Shown piece by piece: positions 19,448 to 25,405 of a stretch of DNA of 25,405 bases. The stretch is from Candidatus Heimdallarchaeota archaeon (GTDB lineage Archaea; Asgardarchaeota; Wukongarchaeia; Wukongarchaeales; JBHIFL01), in contig JBHIFL010000060.1 of NCBI GenBank assembly GCA_046761065.1, positions 1 to 25,405 on the forward strand, given 5' to 3'. Each line of letters opens with the position of its first letter. Position 1 is the stretch's first letter. Made by a program: the position numbers and the translations under genes. The notes beneath the pieces were generated by a model, which was given only the letters and a program-made list of their open reading frames with translations, did not search any database and was not told the origin of the DNA.

Positions 19448-19741
19448 GGATAATATGAATGTAAATCAGAAACCTTTAAAATTTTTCCCAAACAATGAAA
19501 GGCATTCATTTTTTACCATACATATGAAAAAAAGAATGTAGTTTTGACTTAAGATATTACTTACCATTCTTTGCATAAATAATACTAAAAGAACGAAATT
19601 TAATTAATAAAATTATTGCTTAATATTAAATAATATATTATTATGTAATAAATTAAATCTGTTAACTCTTATTTTCACTAATGATGATGAGCCACAAAAG
19701 GTAAAAGTATTGAATTGAAAAATAGTATGAGGGGTAATGTT

Positions 19742-21241
19742 GTGACACAGCCAAACGAACTTCAAAGGGTTAAGAAACAAGTTCTGGCACAAATAAAAAG
19801 CGTTGCAATGGAAATTGAGGACAACATCTTACGCCAAGAAACTGACCGGGCATTAAAGAGCTTGGAAAACTTCGAAGGAGATCCAGACCAATTTCTCACC
19901 GATGCAAACGAGATTCTAGGCAATCTAGTTCGACTGCTTGGCGAATACGATAAAAGACGCAGCGACCTGCGGGCCCTCTATGCGGATCTTGACGAGATCC
20001 AACAATCAGCAGCGACACCAGAGGGGCTTGTGGAAATGTTAGGTTGTTTAGATTATCCAGAGGCTAGATACGCTGCAATAGAACTCATTCAGGCCACATC
20101 GCTTCTAGCGCAACTATCGCGAGGTGTGTTTGTTGGAGAGTATGCCGAGTGGATCCGGGAACAGGCACGGATGGCTCTCCGAGATCTTCTAGGCACAGGA
20201 AAAGGACGCTTTCAAGCTGATATTGCAACTCTATATGGTCTAGGAGCATCCAAGATTCTCCGTGCGATCAGACGTGATCCCACAGGAGGCGAACTAAGAC
20301 AAATGATACAAGAAGAGCAAATTAATTACTCAGCGATAGTATCAGTTGCAAAACGAATAGTGGTCGGCCTCCAACAGGAAATCCTCATGCCACTCTTTCA
20401 GGAGACTGAGCGTGAAATGAGGGAGGGGCTGCTCGCCTACATTGTGCCCCCCGAGGAAAGACGTTTGGACGATACTTTAATTAGGAAATTGGCCAAATAT
20501 GTGGATCCTGAGCTTGTCATCCGATCCAGGTTGGCAACCCCATTCGAAATAACACTAAAACGGAAATCTGTCCCCCTCTTCGCAAATTTTTTAAAGCTTT
20601 CTGACGATCTTGCGAGACTGCTCAGCCTTTTCCCAACACATTTGCACCAAGCCGATCGAAAAACCATAAGCAAAACCATCAATATGATTAGAACCACAGT
20701 TAAAGAACTCCACGAGACAAGTGCTTTGCGAGATCTCAGTGATCTTAAAGATGAAGAAGAGACAGAACGGCGCTTCTTACTTCTCCTTCTACGAAAGGAA
20801 TTCCTCTCCGACTTAAGAAAACGAATCAGTTGGGTTTACGGACAAGTTTCAGAAGAGGCACCTCTCCCAACAGAAGTACGCAAGTTCTTTGAACGGGAAA
20901 TTGTTTCCTATGTGGAAGATTTCGCACAAACTGTAACTGATCTTTCAATTGAAGACCTCCAAGCAAACCTTTCAGCATGGCGTAGATGGTTGCACCGTAT
21001 TGAAGTTCAATTTAATATCTCAGAGATCCAGATGCGCCCATTTTTGAGATTTGCGCCAGACAACTTCATTGCAATGGAAAGGGTCAAATTACACCCAAAG
21101 CATCTTATGAAGGTCAATTCTATTCTGAAACGGCGAAAACGCCTAGCGGCAATAGCACGAAGGGGTAAAACGGCTGAGAACGCCTTAACCAGTTTAGAGG
21201 CATTATTTGCTTATTTAGAAAAACGGCTGAGAACACCTTAA
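19742..21241 (+). CDS. Hypothetical all-alpha protein, C-terminus affected by a tandem duplication
   Basis: ~500-aa ORF. GAGGGGT upstream favours GTG 19742. Preceded by a very AT-rich ~320 bp spacer. Confidence 0.88.
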   Translation: MTQPNELQRVKKQVLAQIKSVAMEIEDNILRQETDRALKSLENFEGDPDQFLTDANEILGNLVRLLGEYDKRRSDLRALYADLDEIQQSAATPEGLVEMLGCLDYPEARYAAIELIQATSLLAQLSRGVFVGEYAEWIREQARMALRDLLGTGKGRFQADIATLYGLGASKILRAIRRDPTGGELRQMIQEEQINYSAIVSVAKRIVVGLQQEILMPLFQETEREMREGLLAYIVPPEERRLDDTLIRKLAKYVDPELVIRSRLATPFEITLKRKSVPLFANFLKLSDDLARLLSLFPTHLHQADRKTISKTINMIRTTVKELHETSALRDLSDLKDEEETERRFLLLLLRKEFLSDLRKRISWVYGQVSEEAPLPTEVRKFFEREIVSYVEDFAQTVTDLSIEDLQANLSAWRRWLHRIEVQFNISEIQMRPFLRFAPDNFIAMERVKLHPKHLMKVNSILKRRKRLAAIARRGKTAENALTSLEALFAYLEKRLRTP

Positions 21242-21272
21242 CCAGTTTAGAGGCATTAATTACTTATTTAAA
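21167..21272 (+). repeat. 53-bp tandem duplication (2 copies, 4 mismatches)
   Basis: AAAACGGCTGAGAACGCCTTAACCAGTTTAGAGGCATTATTTGCTTATTTAGA versus AAAACGGCTGAGAACACCTTAACCAGTTTAGAGGCATTAATTACTTATTTAAA. Confidence 0.97.
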
Positions 21273-21283
21273 AGTAAAGAAAA

Positions 21284-21349
21284 TTGATCACACGGAGATC
21301 AACTTCTTTGAAAGATGTTATAACATCATTCAGGATGTAACCCCACACC
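21284..21349 (-). ncRNA. Putative TnpB right-end / omega-RNA scaffold remnant
   Basis: Three consecutive inverted repeats overlap and follow the tnpB 3' end: GGTGTGGGGTTACATCC, the palindrome GATGTTATAACATC, and TTGATC-N7-GATCAA. Confidence 0.5.
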
Positions 21350-21998
21350 TTCTATCCCATCCGTATTGAACGCTTTTGGGAGTGCTTTTTTTAAGGGTGT
21401 TATAGGCCCTATTAACATCAGTAATGATCAGGTTGCCTTTTGCAGATTTGAATAATCTTCGGTTCTTCTTTTGCCCCAGATAGATCTTTTTATGTTTGAT
21501 GGGAGGGCTAATCTAAGAAACTACACTTGGATGTGTGACTTTATTCTTGCAAGAGAATATAAATTCCTTTTTCTACCGCTTTACATTCTATCTACTGGAT
21601 CAGCTTAGAGAAAGGGAACTAACCACAACCCTGGTTGGTTTTACATCCCATATTTGCGTGTTGCTTCCATTCTGTATTATAACTAATCACCAGTGTGTCC
21701 ACATCACGTCATGTTGCCCATACAAGTCCACAACCAATCAACTGACCTTATGAAAGTAGTCACGGAGCTTGTGATTCTGCTTAACAGTTAATTCTTTGAG
21801 CTTCATGCCCGTTTTAATCTCTTGATGATCATAGATCTGCTGCAACCGCGCCTGCTCTTTGTTGTAAAATTGATTGATTGACTTGACCACTCTGCCCAGT
21901 ATAACAATCGGTTTTACCCCGAAGTTATTGACTAACATAACGAGACTGTAGACCCCATATATTGCGACAGCGCCCTTTTCCATTTTAAAGACCTTCAA
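21326..21998 (-). mobile_element. tnpB: IS200/IS605-family TnpB pseudogene, 5'-truncated
   Basis: Across frameshifts and stops: KPIVILGRVVKSINQFYNK, HKLRDYFHKVS, LVISYNTEWKQHANMG, FPFSKLIQ*IECKAVEKGI, SHTSKCSFLD, RRLFKSAKGNLIITDVNRAYN, DGIEGVGLHP. Confidence 0.92.
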
Positions 21999-22001
21999 CA
22001 G

Positions 22002-22315
22002 AAATTATTGAAAGCAACCACCATCCAAGGATGACGATATATTCAAGTTCTCGCCCCCTATCCTACTGGTTGGCGCATTCCAACTTCAAAATCGGTAAAA
22101 ATGGCTAAATTTGCAGTAAAAAGAGGAATCTGGCCACTTTACGCAAATGAATGTGGAAAATTTACATTAAACGTCATACTGGAAAAAAAACACGACCTGT
22201 ACAAGAGTATTTAGCAGATCAAGGCAGATTTAACCATCTAATGACTGATTTTATCCGAGAAATTCAAAAACAGACAGATGCGATATAGGGCATCGTGTTC
22301 CAGAGATATGAGTGA
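22002..22315 (+). pseudogene. porB: 3' relic of pyruvate/2-oxoacid:ferredoxin oxidoreductase beta subunit
   Basis: Reads KLLKATTIQG*RYIQVLAPYPTGW...AKFAVKRGIWPLY...(frameshift at A run)RPVQEYLADQGRFNHL...IREIQKQTD. Confidence 0.88.
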
Positions 22316-22334
22316 GAGAGATAATTTGCTCGTT

Positions 22335-23258
22335 TTAGGAGATAGACATTAAAAGAACTCCCAGACACACGATCAGAATTCCCACAAGGCGATTAAGAGT
22401 TGGCTTTTCCTTAAGAACAAGGATGGCAATCAGTGCTGAAAAAAAAGGGCTCACACTAAAAATAGCAGAGCTTTTAGCAGCCCCAAGCAATGTTATCGAA
22501 ACTAACATCAGCCATGATCCAATTCCGAGGCCAAGAATTCCTGCTATTCCTAAAAGAGCCAGAGAGAATTTTGATGGTTTTTTCACGGGTTTTTTAAATG
22601 GGGAAAATAAAAAGACCAGAAAAAGGATTAATCCGACTAATGAAACTCTAATTGCATTTGCTGATAGTGGAGAAAAATACTTGAGACTAAATCCTAACCC
22701 AAACATCGTAATCCCCCATGTGAAGGCAGCCAGAATTGCAAAAACTGTAGGTCCTAAGTGTTTTTTAAACGAAAATTCCGGGGTATGTAAAGAGTGCCTT
22801 GATAGTCGAGTTGCGCTTAAGGTTTTAGTAGTGCTGACCAGTATAACTCCACTAACAATTATTATAGACGCTAGTAACGCTAAGAGGGTTAATTCTTCAG
22901 TTCTGAAAATGAAAGTGAAGAATGCAACAAAGAGAGGGAAAATGTTACTTATTCCAACAATAAACGAAACTTCCGCGCTTCTTAGACATTTGAAGTAGAG
23001 CCAATCGCCAAAGCCCATGCCAATGAAGGTAATAATAATTAAAAACACCACTTGAAACCAATCAAACGGTAGCTGGCCTAAAAAGTCCTCCCAAAAGATA
23101 GCAATAAGAAGCGAAAAAAGTCCCGCAGTGGATGTTCTGATCGCATTTGCTAATAATGGCGAAGTATCTTCCATCGCTATCGCATAAAGAGATGGTGAGA
23201 GGGCCCAGCTTAAGGCTGCTCCAAGAGCCAATAGAACCCCTAGCAATTGGTTCACCAT
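22335..23258 (-). CDS. EamA/DMT family transporter
   Basis: About 10 hydrophobic helices in two internal repeats (SPLLANAIR / SPLSANAIR), ending ILVLKEKPTLNRLVGILIVCLGV. Confidence 0.93.
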   Translation of the reverse strand: MVNQLLGVLLALGAALSWALSPSLYAIAMEDTSPLLANAIRTSTAGLFSLLIAIFWEDFLGQLPFDWFQVVFLIIITFIGMGFGDWLYFKCLRSAEVSFIVGISNIFPLFVAFFTFIFRTEELTLLALLASIIIVSGVILVSTTKTLSATRLSRHSLHTPEFSFKKHLGPTVFAILAAFTWGITMFGLGFSLKYFSPLSANAIRVSLVGLILFLVFLFSPFKKPVKKPSKFSLALLGIAGILGLGIGSWLMLVSITLLGAAKSSAIFSVSPFFSALIAILVLKEKPTLNRLVGILIVCLGVLLMSIS

Positions 23259-23351
23259 CTTGTCGTTGTTGTGTGAAGACTACCTCGATTTAATCTAGAA
23301 GTATGCGCGTTTTCTTCTAAGAGCCGGAATCTGGTGACATATAATTTCTTC

Positions 23352-23500
23352 TATAGCATCCTGTCAGATATGATCCAGTCTCAAATTAAATCATTCACCT
23401 GTGATGCATCGCTTTACATGCCAGTTCGAGGGGGGTTCTGTTTCTAGAAATACGATCAAATATTACCTCCTAAATGCAAAAATCTCTTTGGGTTTTGGTT
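23352..23500 (-). pseudogene. Decayed copy of the DUF531 3' end, part of the tandem duplication
   Basis: Colinear nucleotide similarity with 24520-24670 following the shared CATATAATTTCTTCT block (TCTCAA..TAA.TCATT..CCT, TTCGAG, AAAAATCT..TTGG). Confidence 0.55.
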
Positions 23501-23508
23501 TAGAGAGA

Positions 23509-24427
23509 TCATGAGATCGAAATCAAAAGGACTCCGAGGCAGACGAGCAAAATCCCTACAAATCGACTTATAGTAGGCGTTTCCTTGAGAATAATAATGG
23601 CAATTAGTGCGGTAAAAAAAAGATATACACTGAAAATAGCAGAACTCCTTGCAGTTCCAATCAATGTTATTGAAATTAACATCATAAATCCTCCAATTCC
23701 ATTGGAAAGAACTCCAGCGAATCCTAATATAGATAAAGAGAATTTTTATGAGTATTTGGTCTTGTTTCTAAACGGGAAGAGCAAATAAACGAAAAATAAA
23801 ATAGCTCCAACCGAAGACATCCATATCGCATTTGCAGAAAGGGGAGAAAAATACTTAAGACTGAATCCTAGCCCGAATATTGTAATCCCCCATGTGAAGG
23901 CGGCCAAAACTGCAAGTCCTGAGGTTTTTACATATTTTTTGCTGTAGTTTTTAGAATATATGGAAAATGACTTGTATTTTGATCAACACTTGAATTTTTG
24001 GTCATACTGATAATAATGACTCAGCTAACAATAATTGCGGACGTAAGGATGCTCATGGACGTTAATTTCTCAGTTCTAAAGAGGGTAGCAAATAACAATG
24101 CAAAAAGCGGGTAACTGTTGCTTATCCCTGCAACAAACGAAACTTCCATGCGTTTTAGACGCCAAAAATAGAGAAAATCGCCAAACCCCCTACTTAGGAT
24201 GCTAATTGAAACTAAAAATACCACTTGAAACCAATCAAAAGACATTGACTCAAGAAATCTTCCCATAGGATTGCAGTAATAAGTGAAAATATTCCTCCAG
24301 CAATGATTCAAATCGTATTTGCCAAGAGTGGAGATGTATTTTTCATCCCTAATACATAAAAAGAAGGTGCATTAGCCCAGTATAGGGCTGCCCCAAGAGC
24401 AAATAGGACGCCCAACAAATAGTTCAC
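23509..24427 (-). pseudogene. EamA/DMT transporter paralog pseudogene
   Basis: Full-length similarity to 22335-23258 (VNYLLGVLFALGAAL..., FDWFQVVFL, FRTEKLT, FTWGIT). TGA stops at 24308-24310 and 24021-24023, plus frameshifts. Confidence 0.92.
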
Positions 24428-24519
24428 TAGTTATCATCATTTTATGAAAGTTAACCCTGTGTTCTAGATGTTTGACTTAACTTTTGGGAGCCAGAACACA
24501 ATAGCATATAATTTCTTCT

Positions 24520-25086
24520 CTAATGTCCTACCAATGGAAACTCAATCTCAAGGTAAGTCATTATCCTACTAGGCACTGCCCCTAAAGCCGTGCAAGTTTC
24601 GAGAGATAGCCCCTGCCCAGAAGTTATATCTAGATGATAGTTTCCCAGCTCAAAAATCTTCCTTGGTAGCCCCTTCTTTCCCAAGCCAAAAATTAGGCAC
24701 ACCGATTTCCCCTGGCGCAGAAGTTGAGCAATGAAAAAGGCATTTACAGCCTTTCTAGGTTTTGGGTGACATGTTGTTATGATGATTGTCCCGAGTTGTG
24801 GGGGAAAGCCTCGATCCACAAAGGAAAAATTAGAAAAACGGCCGGTTTGAGCAAGTTGGAGCAAATATTGCCCTTTTTGGCCTATCGTAGTTGTTTTGGT
24901 AAGCCATCTAGCTACTTCAAGGGGTGTTTTGAGAGTAGGGTCGAAAGGAAAGCCAAATGTTGTCAGGTTACAGTTAAAAGCTAGCGTAATGGGGCCTACC
25001 CGTGCTAAGGCCCTTCGATGCGCTTCATGAAACTTCACAGGATCATAAGAATTATAGAGCCCTAAGGTGAGCCGTCCATACTTCAT
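24520..25086 (-). CDS. DUF531 family archaeal protein, putative SPOUT-fold methyltransferase
   Basis: Motifs LTLGLYNSYDP, HEAHRRALAR, FPPQLG, FGLGKKGLP, HLDIT and SLETCTALG. Confidence 0.88.
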   Translation of the reverse strand: MKYGRLTLGLYNSYDPVKFHEAHRRALARVGPITLAFNCNLTTFGFPFDPTLKTPLEVARWLTKTTTIGQKGQYLLQLAQTGRFSNFSFVDRGFPPQLGTIIITTCHPKPRKAVNAFFIAQLLRQGKSVCLIFGLGKKGLPRKIFELGNYHLDITSGQGLSLETCTALGAVPSRIMTYLEIEFPLVGH

Positions 25087-25124
25087 GGGAGGTCTTTGAA
25101 TAAGAGGTTACGTATTTCTTTTGG

Positions 25125-25340
25125 TTGGTTCAACTTCGAGCAACACCAATGCCAATCGCTAATGAGGCCAAAGTCGTTCAGTTATCTAGAAGTGGAGTAG
25201 CTACTATATCAGTAAATATCCCTATGAGGTATTCACATTCTCCAAATGAAGTTGCTGCATTAAGATATCTTGAGTATACTTCTGAACTTTTAACTCAAAC
25301 CATATTTGAACTTACTCCACAGATTAATTTTACTCCATAA
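25125..25340 (+). pseudogene. C-terminal fragment of an M42 (TET/FrvX) aminopeptidase
   Basis: QLSRSGVATISVNIPMRYSHSPNE matches the M42 C-terminal P.RY.HsP.E motif. Only 38 bp separate it from the divergent DUF531 start, leaving no room for the N-terminal ~80%. Confidence 0.85.
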
Positions 25341-25405
25341 GCTTCTTTATTCATCCAATGCACTTAAAGCATATAATTAACCTATGTTTAACCTATGACT
25401 CAACA

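Noticed and set aside
21167-21272. CRISPR array
   Set aside because: Two abutting units with no spacer, and no cas genes.
21273-21369. Ancestral C-terminus of the 19742 ORF in the shifted frame
   Set aside because: Most of this stretch is the antisense of the tnpB 3' end and right end, so the open frame is probably incidental.
22423-22998. 191-aa plus-strand ORF (and 23585-23788)
   Set aside because: Antisense shadows of the EamA gene and its pseudogene.
25377-25397. TTAACCTATG tandem 10-mer
   Set aside because: Too short and at the window edge, so not interpretable.

Overview
Archaeal chromosomal window: DUF531, archaeal-type porB and M42 remnants, and BRE/TATA-like promoters. An Asgard-type sediment archaeon is plausible but inferred. 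(1) 1-4356: a ~3.8 kb insert sits between two diverged copies of one divergent promoter (1-162 vs 4194-4356). It carries a probable transposase relic, a secreted LamG protein with a G1 glutamic-peptidase-like C-terminus, and a membrane-anchored BsuPI-like Ig protein. (2) 3970-10679: amino-acid/PLP enzymes, namely an M28-like relic, an M20D amidohydrolase, an Ile-2-epimerase/racemase-type class III enzyme, a HemL-like class III enzyme, a PPOX-family gene with an internal stop, and a threonine synthase-like gene. (3) pyk, a SAM methyltransferase and an alpha/beta hydrolase. (4) 14438-21241: three large orphan soluble helical proteins, the best candidate for an undescribed system. The first has a longin/roadblock-like N-terminus and a coiled coil of 18+19 heptads split by a Gly/Pro hinge. 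(5) 21167-25340: a decaying region with a 53-bp tandem duplication, a TnpB relic with a structured 3' end, a porB relic, a tandem EamA duplication (one copy dead), DUF531 and an M42 fragment. All family calls come from motif recognition by eye; no searches were run.
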